A DNA stretch of 64,000 bases from the human T2T-CHM13v2.0 reference genome, Homo sapiens: assembly GCF_009914755.1 (NCBI RefSeq), contig NC_060930.1; one strand, 5' to 3'. The number at the start of each line of letters is the position of its first letter. Position 1 is the stretch's first letter. Below are positions 1 through 13,039 of the stretch, one piece after another. The notes below the pieces were generated by a model, which had not been told where the DNA came from, ran no database searches, and worked only from the letters and a program-made list of their open reading frames with translations. The translations under genes and the position numbers were made by a program.

Positions 1-196
1 ATTGTGTTACAAATTTAAAGTAGTTAGTTTGAAAAGAATTTTGCATTGTGTTTTGTAGTCTTATACAGAAATATTGCATAACTTTTAATTTATTTAAATA
101 TTTCTTCATTGCTTTCAGGAAATCTGCAGTTTATTTTATTTACATCCCATATATTTCTTATTCATTTTCTTACTAAGTGCCTCATATTTGAATATT

Positions 197-270
197 AGTA
201 TGTATGTATGTGTGTATATAGTATCAGCATGTATGTATGTGTGAGTGTGTGTATGTATGTATGTATGTAT
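197..270. repeat. (TATG)n/(TG)n degenerate microsatellite
   Basis: tatgtatgtatgtgtg... runs; source of the spurious ORFs 195..386 and 208..414. Confidence 0.85.
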
Positions 271-279
271 TTAATTATA

Positions 280-621
280 CAGTCAACCCTCTGCATGGAA
301 CAGTTCTGCATCCAAAGATTTAACCAACTGAGGATAGAAAATATTTGGAAAAAATGGAGGGCTATGTCTGTACTGAACATGTACACACACTATTTTCTTG
401 TCATTATTCCCTAAATCATATAGTATAACAACTATTTACATGGTCTTATATTGTATTAGGCATTATAAGTAATCTAGAGATTATTTAAAGCATACAGTAG
501 AAGATGTGTAGGCAATGTACAAATACTACACCATTTTATACAAAGAAGTTGAGCATCCATGGATTTTGATATCTGAAGAAGGTTCTGGAACCAATCCGCC
601 ATGGCTACCCAGGGACCACTA
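280..621 (-). mobile_element. MER2 (TcMar-Tigger MITE), full length
   Basis: Reverse complement of MER2 (cagtcaaccctctgcatgg...aagtaatctagagattatttaaag...ggaaccaatcc), TA on both flanks; second copy at 30178. Confidence 0.85.
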
Positions 622-639
622 TACTTCCAATTATTTAAG

Positions 640-930
640 ACTGGTATTCTGAAAAGCTATGCAATTTTGTATGTTTATTTTGTTTTCAGCCACCTTATCG
701 AATTTTCTTACTAACTTTATTAGTGTTTCTTTTGATCAATTTGAATATTCTAGCTGTAAAAACATGTTATCTAGAAAAATAATTTTTGTTTATATTGCCA
801 TATTTAGACTTTTACTTCTTAAGTTCTATTTTTGATTAATTGGTTAAAACTTCCAAAGGCATTTCAAATTATAACAGTTTTATCAGAAATTCTTGTGTTT
901 TTCCCTAATTTTATTAGTTTCATATTTAGT
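640..930 (-). mobile_element. Ancient L1M ORF2 fragment
   Basis: Degenerate antisense L1 motifs (ggttaaaacttccaaa...cttgtgtttttccctaatttta). Confidence 0.45.
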
Positions 931-1515
931 ATGAACTTAGTCAAATTTTAGATCCCCCTTTTACATTTTTTATTAATATTAATATTTTTAAGCCAGTATT
1001 AAGGGTTTACTCAAAATAACCTAAAATATCAGAATTCTTCCTCATTTGATCAGACAGTGATACTCTAAATATAATGTGAAGGTAACAAAAAGAAATATAG
1101 TATTTAAAAATGTCAATTATGTTCCTTTAAATTACTATTACTTTCATAAATTGATTTGTTATTTCTAATCACATCTATAATATAGCCAGTTAAATAATTA
1201 ATGGATACATTAAATTAACAAAAATTTTATTTTCTCTTTGTATGCAGAGTTATGAGCATCTACTGTCCTACAACTCTTAAAACAGGTGCTTGGAAATGAT
1301 AAGAATCGTGGTCTTTACCTTTAAGAATGTCACTTTGGCAAGTCACTTCACCTCTCTGCATAACTAAGTCATTGAATACTACATATGTCTTTAATTAAAG
1401 TGTATGTAGGATGCTAAGGTGGCAGTCAACATCTTTGTGAATTTGAGCAAGGTACATTATTTCTTAGTTTTCTTACCTCATTTATTTATAAAGGAGTCAA
1501 GATAGGTTACCTCTA

Positions 1516-1878
1516 TGTATTACATCAGTCTCACACTGCTAATAAAGACCTACTCAAGACTGGGTAATTTAGAAAGGAAAGAGGTTTAATGGACTTGCAG
1601 TTCCACATAGCTGGGGAGGCCTCACAATCATGGCAAAGGTAAAGGAGAAGCAAAGGCACATCTTACACGGTGGCGGGCAAGAGAGCATGTGCAGGGGAAC
1701 TCCCCTTTATAGAACCATCAGATCTTGTGAGATTTATTCACTATCATGAAAACAGCATGGGAAAGACCCACCCCCATGATTCAATTACCTCCCACCAGGT
1801 CCCTCCCACAACACGTGGGAATTATGGGAGCTACAATTCAAGATGAGATTTGGATGGGGACACAGCCAAATCATATCA
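1516..1878 (-). mobile_element. THE1 (B/C-like) MaLR solo LTR
   Basis: TG...CA ends; gatgagatttggatggggacacagccaaatcatatca matches the THE1 5' end antisense; 5-bp TSD ctcta/ttcta. Confidence 0.92.
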
Positions 1879-2210
1879 TTCTACAATCTTTTTCACTAAA
1901 ACATCTGTACCTTTATAAAAATCTTCGTAAAAATAAAGCATATATTTGTGAGAATATATATAATAAAAAATTATGAGTCAATACACTATGGTAGACACAT
2001 CAGTGATTTTGGCTCAGACTATACTATTATCAAAATTCTAGCATTACCTCTTACTATATGTATGGCAGTATATTAATTGTTTAAACTCTATGAGCTGGAG
2101 TTTTATTAATGTAAAACAGGAAATATTATTTGATAACTGTTATGGATGTGATGAGGACTAGATAACAGAAAGTATTGAAAGTATTGTACTCTGTGGGTAC
2201 CATGTGGGGC

Positions 2211-2500
2211 TGTATCTGTTAAAAGTCCCAATAGGAAACAGATGGCACTTGAAAATAGGTTACTTCTAGGATGATTTATTTACAGAGGTACTAATTATCA
2301 AGGTGTAGGTGTCTAGTTACCACAATGGATATTTCAGTAATCTAGGCCTTTGTAGCAGCCAAATTATTATCACACCTAGGCCCAGGATAGTAAGGAAGGA
2401 AGCAGTTTGGGAGCTTGGAAGGATGCAGTCGTATATAATCCTGGCCTTGAGAGATAAAATGATCATTAGTGGAGGGAAATAATCAGCCTAAGACAAACAG
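2211..2500 (-). mobile_element. Old ERVL-type LTR fragment (LTR41-like)
   Basis: tgtatctgttaaaagtcccaataggaaacagatggcac resembles an ERVL LTR terminus. Confidence 0.45.
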
Positions 2501-2541
2501 AAATAAACCTCATTCAGAATGGTATAGGGTGGGTTTACTGA

Positions 2542-3296
2542 CTAATTAATCTCATCACATCTGGGCTTCAGAATTTTTGCTCTAATAGGACCTGTGTTGT
2601 CCAGGTATCTTCATAAAAATGTACTCAGAGAAGGTTCATTGCAGTACAATTTAATGAAGATAGCAGATTTATTTGTCCAGAGTAATTGGGTCTATAAATT
2701 AAAGAAAGATTATATATAATTTACAGTATAGTCAAATAAGTATAATATTGGTTCTGATATCACTTTCCAAATTCTCCTCACAGAAGACTTGTGATATTCA
2801 TTTAGCAATGTGATATAGTCCAATTTGGATTCTGATCTTTCTGTCTCAAGTTTGTTTTGCCCAAATCTGTCTGAGCAAGCTTTATGCCTTGTAATACAAG
2901 GCTCTCAGTCTTTTCCTGTGTGTGTGTATTTTTTTTTCTTCTCCTTCAATGAGGAATCTTTAAATACTGAATCTTTATCAAATGATGTCTATAGAAAGCT
3001 GTGCTTCACTTCAATATGTTCTGGAAACTGCTGTCTGGGAGAGGATTCCAGCTGCTCTTTGCCCTTTGATTCTGAGAGATGTGTGTCTAATGGCAGCTGC
3101 TTTCTTTTCGTAGAATTAGCATTCTCTTTTTCACTTTGATGATACACGAGAAGTTTTCATCCCCTTGTGTTTAAAAGAGTTACTTCCTTCTTGGAGTCAT
3201 AACTGGATCTGCTGTTGCAGGGAAACATGGATGCCATGATGCTTCTGTGGGCAGCCATAGCTCAAGGCACTGTTCTTTAATTACTTCCTGTGCTAC
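2542..3296 (-). pseudogene. Candidate decayed two-exon protein-coding gene, product unknown
   Basis: Acceptor ttaatttcctgacag|3296; gagctATGg at 3258; single frame to 2542; putative GT-AG intron 2763-2692; four internal stops (3 TGA, 1 TAG); no frameshift needed; K/E/S-rich translation. Confidence 0.4.
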
Positions 3297-3313
3297 CTGT
3301 CAGGAAATTAACA

Positions 3314-3545
3314 GAGGTGGATGATACAATGAAAAGAGTGCTGGGATAAAAATTTAAACCCTGGGCTATACAGTAGGTTTGTTCATTCTCTAGCCGTGCA
3401 ATTTGGAAAAAATTATAATATGCAACTTTTTGATCCCCAGTTTTCTTTTTCCCTCATTTGAAGGAATGAAATAGTACAATGCTCTGCTTAACTCAGATGA
3501 TTGTTATGAGGCACAAATGAGATAATATATGTGATGGGATTTTCA
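3314..3545 (+). mobile_element. MIR
   Basis: gaaaagagtgctggg 5' part; cagttttct core; gattgttatgaggcacaaatgagataatatatgtga. Confidence 0.7.
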
Positions 3546-4074
3546 TACTATAAAGTGGAAGGGATTACTACTATGTGGAAAAAAATGCATATTCTTGAGC
3601 CTTTGGAAACAGCACAGTACGTTATGTAAATTAGTATTGAACTTGTGTTCATATTTTCCACTAGCCAAATGAAAACGACATTTATTTCTCATGGAAATCA
3701 CAAGGGATATTAAACAATCTTGCTTTAGCATATTTAATATAATTCTAAGAATTAACAAGCAATATTTAGAGTAATCATATATACAAGACTGCACAAATCA
3801 AATCATAATCATGTTCATTTTACACGGATACATTTTCTAAGAGTACATTGTATCTTTGCTATTCATAACATACTTGAACAGATTTTAAGCCTCTTTCTAT
3901 TTTTTCTTGAGCTGTCAAATTTCAAAAATTATTATATTGACTTTAAGGGAATTGTGTAACCTTCATTAAAGGCAATGACTATTATTAATACATTAATTCT
4001 GGAGTTAGTCTATACTGTTCAAATGAATCAGCCTACTGCATGTTTGTTTGGATCTTTAAAAGTTTACGTGAGTT

Positions 4075-4375
<301 letters not shown>

Positions 4376-4384
4376 TTACGTACT

Positions 4385-5260
4385 TTCAGATGGTAATAAG
4401 TTCTATAATAATAACACTGGCATATAGGATCAGAAGTGGCTGGAGTAGAAAGGAAGAGAGATCTGCCATAAGTGAGATGGCCAATAAAGGTCTGTTTCAG
4501 AAGGTGACGTTTGACTTGAGGCCTGAATTATTACAAAGAGCCAGGCTTTTGAATAATTAGGGCAAGGAATTTGTAGGATTTAAGAGAAATATGAAAAGTT
4601 CTATCTGAGAAAATGAGCTTGGCAAAGTCTGTTTGGTTGAAGTGTAGTGAATGGTTAAGCAGACCGACTGAATCAAGCAGTAGATTGTAGGCTTACACAA
4701 CGAGATTAGATATTTATTGTTGTTGTTATCCGCTACTTTGAAGTACTTAATGGTATTCCTTGAGTGCTTTCCAATAGTTTCTGCAATGAGAAACCATTGG
4801 AAAGATTTAATCCAAGGAGTAACATGACTTGATTTACATTTTTGAAAATTTGCCCTGACTAGCATGTAGAAAATGAGTCATGTGAAATCCAGTGATGGAA
4901 ACTGGGTAACAGGTTAGGAGGCTATTCTAGTATTTCAGGCGAGAGAAGATGGTAATGATCAAGATGGTCAGTGTTCATGGAAATGGTCTGATCTGAGAAG
5001 TATGTGAGAAGTATATAACCCCTAGATTAAGCAGATGGATTTGATGTGGGGTATTATTAAAGAGATGAATTAATTTTGCCTTTTACATTTTGGGGTGATC
5101 ATCAAGGTAATATCAAGTGTGAATGAGGACATCTAAAAGCAGAAGACGTTTTAGGGGTGGGGTAGATCTGAGGCTGCTGTTGAGTCAAGATTTCTGTTTT
5201 GAACTTGGTAATTTTGAAATGCCCATTGGGAACCCAAATAGAGATGCTAAGAGTTTGGTT
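4385..5260 (-). mobile_element. L2 fragment
   Basis: agaaggtgacgtttgacttgaggcctgaa, aggttaggaggctattctagtatttcaggcgagagaagatgg are typical antisense L2. Confidence 0.75.
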
Positions 5261-7580
5261 ATATTTTTCTAGAATATGGGTGATTTATCCTAGTGGAGAG
5301 ACTATTAAGTTGGGTCAGTTAATCATTAGAAAGATAATTAACATCTTAAACAATTATCAAATATCTGCTAAAAGCCCTAGGTAATTTTAAAAATGCTTAA
5401 ACTGTGAAGAGCTCTTTATTTCTCAAAATTTTGAAGTGAGAGAAGACTATCTCTTATATTATGACATGGAAGAGAAAATCAATATTTGAAATACCTCCCA
5501 AATGACTTGAAGTCCATACATAAATTTATATTTATTCTTATTTTCTAGTGATATATCTTATTTTCAATTCCTTTTAGTAAATGAAATTACTTTTGTGTTT
5601 TGCCTGCTGCTGCACAGAGGGAGCCTTTAAAGTCAGAGTACTTTATTACCATGTTTTAAAGAAGGATTCATTCAAAAAGGGAGAGGACAGATACATTTAA
5701 AATTATTTTTCTGCACTAAACCGTTAACAGATTTAAACCTGGTCAGTCTGTTTCTAAAAAAAAAAAAAAATAAGTTTTATATTGTCAGCATAGGCAGCAT
5801 ATAAACTTAATATTAAACTTGTTGCAATTTTAAAAGTTGAAAAAACATTATATCCATTTTGTTCTTGTGAGTTTTATGTAATGAACTTGTAAGTTTACAT
5901 CTTATTGTGGAAAGACAACATATTACAGTTAAATCAGACTTAATATGATTTAACATGCATATTAACACATTCTTAGTATGATATATTTCACTTTCCTCCT
6001 ACATTACTTTCTTTATGTTTGTGAGAAAAAACAAAACAAAACAAAACAGGAGTTTGTTTGGCATTGAAGAGCAAAATGGCTAATTAGCACGCACAATGAA
6101 AGTTTTCATAGATTTTCTCCTTAGTGGGTTTTTTCTTTTGAGTCTTTCATTGTTGATAACATGCCATTAATCTTTTGTTTAGGATCTCTTACCTTAAAGC
6201 AGGCTTAAAGAAAAGCCTTTCATTTCTCTCTCTATATATGTATAGTAAATATATATAATTTTTTGCAGTAGATTCACTTCCCCTGTAAATATGCTTGATG
6301 AAAGAGTTCCTGGCAATCCTTAAAAGAACAGGCTGTGGGGATCCTCATTAATCTTCTAATAGTTTCTGCTGTCGTCCCTCTCGAAATTTCCTTGCCTTGT
6401 AAAGTATTTGTGGTAAAGCAAGAGCACTTTTGCTTTCCACCAAGCAATGTCATTCAGCCAGATCCCAACAAAAGCCGCAGCTTCCTTTCAAATAGTTTCA
6501 GCCTCAGCTGTATTATTGGCTGGGATTCTGAGCCGTGAAAGGGAGATGCTATTTGTTTAACTGTGTTTCACAATACAAACAAGCTGAGAAAATACAACTC
6601 TTCTGGTTTTCTTTTGTGTCTCTTGATAGTAATATGGTTTTACTCTTAGTGACTGCAAAGTTACTTTGGAAACAGATGTTAGACTTTTTTTTGTTTTTAA
6701 GTTTGTAAGCATTTTGTTAGATACTGTACCTTGATAACATAGCTATGTTTAGAGTTATAAAGAGAATATCTTACTGGTTTCATTAGCAATAACATGTCAA
6801 CAGTCTGTAAAATGAGTTCCATATTAAGCCATAAATGTGAGTTGCTGTAAAATAAAAAGTAATAAAGTATTTAAAGAGAAAATAATTTCTGTTGAGATTT
6901 TAAAGTTTTTCCTGTTTACATTGTTAGTCAATAAATATCTTTAATTCAAAGGTTAAGTTTATAGGATAATCCTCCTTGAGAAGGGAAGGCATATCTAAGT
7001 GTTAACAAAAAGTTGATCTCAAAAGCTGAGAGGAAGTGTGCTATGCAGATCTTTACTGACAATGCTCTAAGACCACTAAAAGAAATGACAATATATAAAA
7101 AATAAAATAATAGGACTCATGTAGAAATATGTATCAGTTTCTTTATATAGTCTCTATATGCTTGGGAAAGCTGCAGATGATAATTCTTTCTAGTATTATT
7201 TAATTAGAAAGAAGAGCAACTTGAAACAGATTATCATTTTCTCAACTAAAAAAAAGTCTATTCATTTGAGCAAAACTGCCACCTAAGAACCGTGGTACTG
7301 CAGAAAGGATGATTTATATATTTAGATGTATTCCTTCATAAAATCTTGCATTTCTACTTTTTAAAATTTGTGATTCAAGGGCCCAGTATAGAAGCATTTA
7401 TAGGGCAACCATCCTATAAAAAAGAAAGGGGTAAAATGTATATACATTTATATAAAACAGCCAGCTAATACATATTAGTATCAATTATTTCTAAGAGAGA
7501 ACAAAGACATTAGAACTTATAGGCAAATTTCATTCCAATAATTGATACTTGGTTTTAAGACTCTTGTAGTACACACTCAG

Positions 7581-7763
7581 TTGTGGTACTCAAAGTGTGG
7601 TCTTGCAACTAGCAGTATCAGCATCACCTGGGAACTTGGAGCTGCAAATTCATCAGCCTTATTTGAGGCCTACTGAATCAGAAACTCTGGGAGTAGGTTC
7701 CCAGTAAGGATTATTAACAACCATCCAGGATTTCTGATATACACTAACATTTGAGAACCACTG
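7581..7763 (+). mobile_element. MER5A (hAT-Charlie MITE)
   Basis: ctcaaagtgtggtc...cagcatcacctgggaactt...cctactgaatcagaaactctggg...tttgagaaccactg. Confidence 0.9.
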
Positions 7764-8519
7764 CTTTATGCACTATACAATGTTAACAAGAACTAATTAT
7801 AAGCCTAAGTCAGTGCAATCTTCCTAAATTTTAAATCCATAGGAGGTGCAAGCCAATCCTTGGTTACATGATAAAATAAAGGTAAAGGTCTCTTGTTTCA
7901 TTATCAATCTTGTATTTCTCAAGCAAGTATGACATTTTGTAAGCTACTTGAAGAAAATATTTACTGTTCAAACACAAAATGTTATTTTTAAATCTCTCTA
8001 AAAGGATATGTGACTCAGGAACACAGATATTCACTCTTTCAGGATCACTGTAGCAGTGTCTATGTGGAATTTCAGTGCAGAATCAGATCTGGATTATTGT
8101 TTTTGCATATATGTCTAGCTACTCCCCAGTCTTGCCAAGCAAAGTAAAATGTTCATAGACAAGCAAAGTGCTTATAGCAAGATATTACTACTATAAAGAT
8201 GCATCAGCCTCCCCAAACCTCCACACTGTTTATTATTCTAGTAAAATAACTATGACAGAAGAAGCAGAATATCAAATTTTAAAGACAATTTTATGGTGAT
8301 TTTTTGGTCGGAATACAGTGGGAGTGCATTGAGTCAGTGGTATACTTGGAGAAGATTTTCATAAGCCCATCTATATTTCTAGATGGCAGAGTATACTGTA
8401 ATCTAGTAATAAATATGTTAGAAGATCAACCAATTTATTTTACTCTGTAGATGTACCTTTAAACATGTCCTATTCTATTCACGATTAAATGTTAGTATTA
8501 ATCGCCATCTAACAGAGTA

Positions 8520-8730
8520 TGTTATTTATGAACTTTAGGAACTCAGGCAAAATACTTAATTTCTTTGTGTTTTTGTTTTCTCTTATATGAATTGGGAATA
8601 AATTTATACCTCAAAATTTATTTTCTAAAGTTGGGGATATCTTGATCAAAAAATGGCATTGAAAAATATACAGTATTTAAAATAGTGCTTGGCACATAAC
8701 AACTACTCACTTAATATTAGCTATTGCTAT
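8520..8730 (+). mobile_element. MIR
   Basis: ggcaaaatacttaatttctttgtg core and aatagtgcttggcacata 3' end. Confidence 0.65.
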
Positions 8731-8732
8731 TA

Positions 8733-9056
8733 CAGGTTGAGTATCCTTTATCCTAAATGCTTGGGACCAGAAGGGTTTTGGATTTTGAATTTTTGTCAGA
8801 TTTGGGAACATTTGTATACAAAATAAAATATTTTGGGGATGGGACCCAAGTCTAAACACAAAATACATTTATTCTTCATATAAACCTTATAAACATAGCC
8901 TGAAGGTAATTTTATACATTTTAAATAATTTTGTGTACCTGTTACATGAGGTAGGGTGTGAAAATTTTTATTTGTGGCATCCTGTTGCTGTTCATAAGGC
9001 TTCAGATTTTGTAGCATTCTGAATTTAAAATTTTCAGATTAGAGATACTCAACCTG
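8733..9056 (+). mobile_element. Tigger4b/MER46-type MITE
   Basis: Perfect 13-bp TIRs caggttgagtatc/gatactcaacctg with TA TSDs; internal ggggatgggacccaagtctaaacac. Confidence 0.88.
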
Positions 9057-11184
9057 TATTATTTTCATCTTACCAGCTCATACTTTTTGGAATAGGGAAC
9101 TTTAGAAAGTATCCTATTGTGGTTGATATTGAGTGATGTAAAAGCACTTTTTAAACATTAGGGAATAGGCTTTTATCAAAAAAGATTTGATATTAAAAAT
9201 CATTTATAGATTATAAATTTTGTATTGGCATTTGCATCCCCGGATATAAATTTACTTTGTTTTCTACCTAAAGTTACCTCATACGTAATGAAACAGAGCT
9301 AGGAATAGCAATAGTTAAAGGAATACTGCACCAAATAGTCATTTCTCAAGAGATGCAATTCACACACCTACTGTACATTTTTGGAATGTGCTTTAGGTCA
9401 CTCTTTGAAAGTAGTATAATAAAGTGCACATCAGGAATGGGAATGAGTCCATTCTCACCATCTGTTCCTAATTTTTTTTAGCTGAAGACTCTGTATTATT
9501 AAACCACTGTGTAAAATGTTAAAATGCCATTAGAAACCTGAGTTAAATCCAGACGAGTTCAGAGAACTTGAGGTTACTTGAAAAGATATTGATAGCTGCA
9601 TTACAATGATGGATAAAATAAAGCTGGCCCTTATTCTCAGCTAACCATGAACTTCATTTTTCAAACTTCACACAAGTTCAAAGTTCTTCCAAATATATTG
9701 TTAGCTAAATTGCATATATATTTTATTTTTATATAAGAATTTAAAGTTTTGTACCTGCTTACTTTAGCCTAATTTTAGCAAATAAGAATTTTAATATATC
9801 CTCTATCCCCCAAATTATAAAATTTTAATAGTTCATTCAATTGCATGAGATAATTTAGGTGACTCTTTCAAGACCTCACAATTTCAGACTATTTTCTCAA
9901 CAAATGTAAGAGAGTTGACTTACTTTCCCCAGGGAGTGTAGAATACAGTGTCTATATTACTTTTTTGTGGCATTCTTGGAAACTCCAAGAACCTCCTAAA
10001 AAAACTGTCTGTGTTAAGATTGGTTCCTAGGCACACACAGGTTTCAATGGGATTTGAAAAGATGCAAAAGTCTGCTTGTCTCCAAAATACATCCATCTTT
10101 ACTCCTGCCAATGTACTAGAAATTCGCCCATCAATCACTGTTCTATATTGGGATTAAATATGACTAAGATGCATATGTACTCTGGCTTAGGTACAGTCAA
10201 CATTTATTCAGCCTTTATAGTGAGACAGGAACTTTATAGTAAGCATGTCCACATGAACGTAAATGCTTCACTATATATAGGGACTTCACTATCTTAGCCT
10301 CAATCAAGTGAGTCAATTGGGCATTCAGCTATGTGGAGGAGTTGCTTCTCATTTTCTTAAGAGATAAATGCCCAGTTAATTAATCATAAGATGTTCCTGG
10401 AAACATTTTACTGTCTGATTGGGTGGCAACAGTAGGTCTTAAAAAACCTTCCCTGGGAGCCTAAGCGAATTACTTGATTCCATCCTTTTATGAGCACACG
10501 TCACATTGGTTCCTAAAGAATGTGAGTGTCTTGGCTCTTTTTGACTAGGGTTATGCTTCTTTCCTGTTTTAGTTCAATTCATTTCACATGAACTAAACCC
10601 TGAATACCTGTCCACTCATAAACTCTCTCAATTTTACAATGTATCTCCTGGAATGGCAGGAAGGTCTCTGTCTCTGCTTTGCACTGATGTTCCTGCACTG
10701 CTACCATATTCTTGTCAGGGAAGAATAATTTGTTCGTATACCTTCTCCTCTTCGGTTTTAGGTGCTTGGCTTGGAAGTGGCCTAATTATCTATGCTCTTT
10801 TTCAGCAATGTCCTTCATGTGCTGTGACCTGTATTCTGTACCATCTTGCTTTCCTACTTTTTCTGATTACACTTCCACCCTGCCTCAATACCTCCTTTTG
10901 CCCTATCACCACATTACGGCCAATATACTTTTGACCCCCAAGCTGAAATCAAACACGGAACATGTATACTCCTATACCAATGAATGTGGGGGTCTTCCCT
11001 TTTCTGCTGGTAGAGTGTTTTTGTATTTTTTTCATTTTTCTCCATTTATCTGCAATCTCTTGTCTCAGTACAGGGTTGTCTTCTCCCTATCTCACCCCAT
11101 ACACATCACACTATTCACCCAGTTTTTTATTCTGCCTTAGTATGCGTCTAGGGTAAGGATAATAAAAATTAAAGTAATGGCAGT

Positions 11185-11330
11185 AATAAAGACTAACATT
11201 ATTGAGTTCTTAACATGTGCAATGAATTGTTTATAGTGTTTTGCATTTATTATCATGTTTAATTTTCACAACAACCCTATGAAATTGGTAACATAATTAC
11301 CCTTATCATGAGGAAACTGAATCACAATTT
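11185..11330 (-). mobile_element. MIR
   Basis: tttaattttcacaacaaccctatgaa...atgaggaaactga. Confidence 0.75.
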
Positions 11331-11839
11331 GTTTGGCAAGATGAATGTTTCTCTGGGCAAGAGCAATGAAATAGAAGAAGAAGAAATGATTCTAAAGCTG
11401 ATTTTTCAGTAACCTTCTGCTACTACTTCTACAGCTGTTATGTTCCCAACTTTACCTCCCTTCACTGACCCCTAGCCCTAGCAGTGAAGAAATGCTCAAA
11501 TATTCTCAGAATGATTTTCTTCTCAAAAGTGAATGGAATTTATTTCTATTATTTGTATACCCAAATCCATTAGCCTTTATGGAGGAGTATTTTTTAAAAT
11601 TTTTCACAGAGTATGGTAAAGAGGTTATTCTTTTTTTTCCTCCATTAATAGTAATAACATTGTAATAAAACATTCAAAATGTTGTATATTTGCTTGAGGA
11701 ATACAGTGAAGGGGGAATATAGGAAATTATTTTCTATCCCGTTGTGAATCAGAGGGTATAGAAGCTTTGACTGCGAAAATTGTTACAGAAAATAGTGCTT
11801 GCCAGGTAAATACCTAGAATTCTTCAAAAATACAGAAAG

Positions 11840-12183
<344 letters not shown>

Positions 12184-13039
12184 TCATGAAAAGACATTTA
12201 AGTTTGACAACTATTCCCAAGGAAGTACACTAACGAGAGATGTGACCACTGTGTCAGTCCCTCAGTACCCAAACCTGCTTGAAACAAATTGTGAGAACTG
12301 GGGCTAGTGACTCAGTCTGCTGTGGCTGAAAAGCTGTTTGGGGAGACTTTTATTCGAAATTTTTTTCACTTTATTTCTGCACATTTTTCCCCACAGACAA
12401 AAAATTACACCAGTTTATCAGTTCCCATGGTATCTCTATGGCTTACTAGTACATAACTATTTTCCAGGCAGGGGTAGCTAGCATTTATTAAGCTCTCACT
12501 CTATATGCCCTGTACAAGCCTATGCTCGCTCTTAATGTATCAGTAGCTCTTCATTTTTTTTTTTTTTGTCAGCATAGTTGTGAACACTAGAACTTTTGAC
12601 AGCACACTTGAAATGATTAAAAGACTCCAAAGAACACTAAACAGGTTAGCAACAATTACAATGTAATCATTACCACAGTATAACAATGTCTCACAATGTC
12701 TATAAAAGGATTTACTGTTCTCTAGCCCAGGCTTCCGTTGGACTTGGACTGTGTACTGCCCATCTAAACAAGTACTGCTATATACTCACCAGGGAGAGCT
12801 CTCACACGTCACACTTAACCTGAGCTTGTTCCCTGTCACCCGCTGAACACTAAACTCTAATTAACTATTCCAAAGAGCATCTTGTACCTAGCTCTGTGCC
12901 ATAATGAAGGACTCTCTCAGCTCAGTGTTCACTCAATAGACACTGTTTAACATTGTGTATACTCCGTCTTAGTAAAAATTACATTGGATACATTGATCAA
13001 AACGTACCAGTGCATTAGAGCCTCAAAGTACATTTTGTA

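Noticed and set aside
2825-3139. 104-aa plus-strand ORF
   Set aside because: TTG start and S/F/C/L-rich; better explained as a shadow of the purine-rich minus strand
3180-3296. Alternative frame VAQEVIKEQCLELWLP, plus pieces near 6420 and 10000, resembling RGS-domain helices
   Set aside because: Only a few residues match by eye, the frame closes quickly and nothing aligns coherently; probably chance
6088-6158. pre-miRNA hairpin
   Set aside because: Only the outer 10 bp pair well; the inner stem is poor and U-rich
7434-7449. 16-bp palindrome aaatgtatatacattt
   Set aside because: Low-complexity AT/TA core; expected occasionally in DNA this AT-rich
10653-11156. Three overlapping ORFs up to 142 aa
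   Set aside because: Pyrimidine-rich strand is depleted of stop codons; no splice structure or recognisable domain
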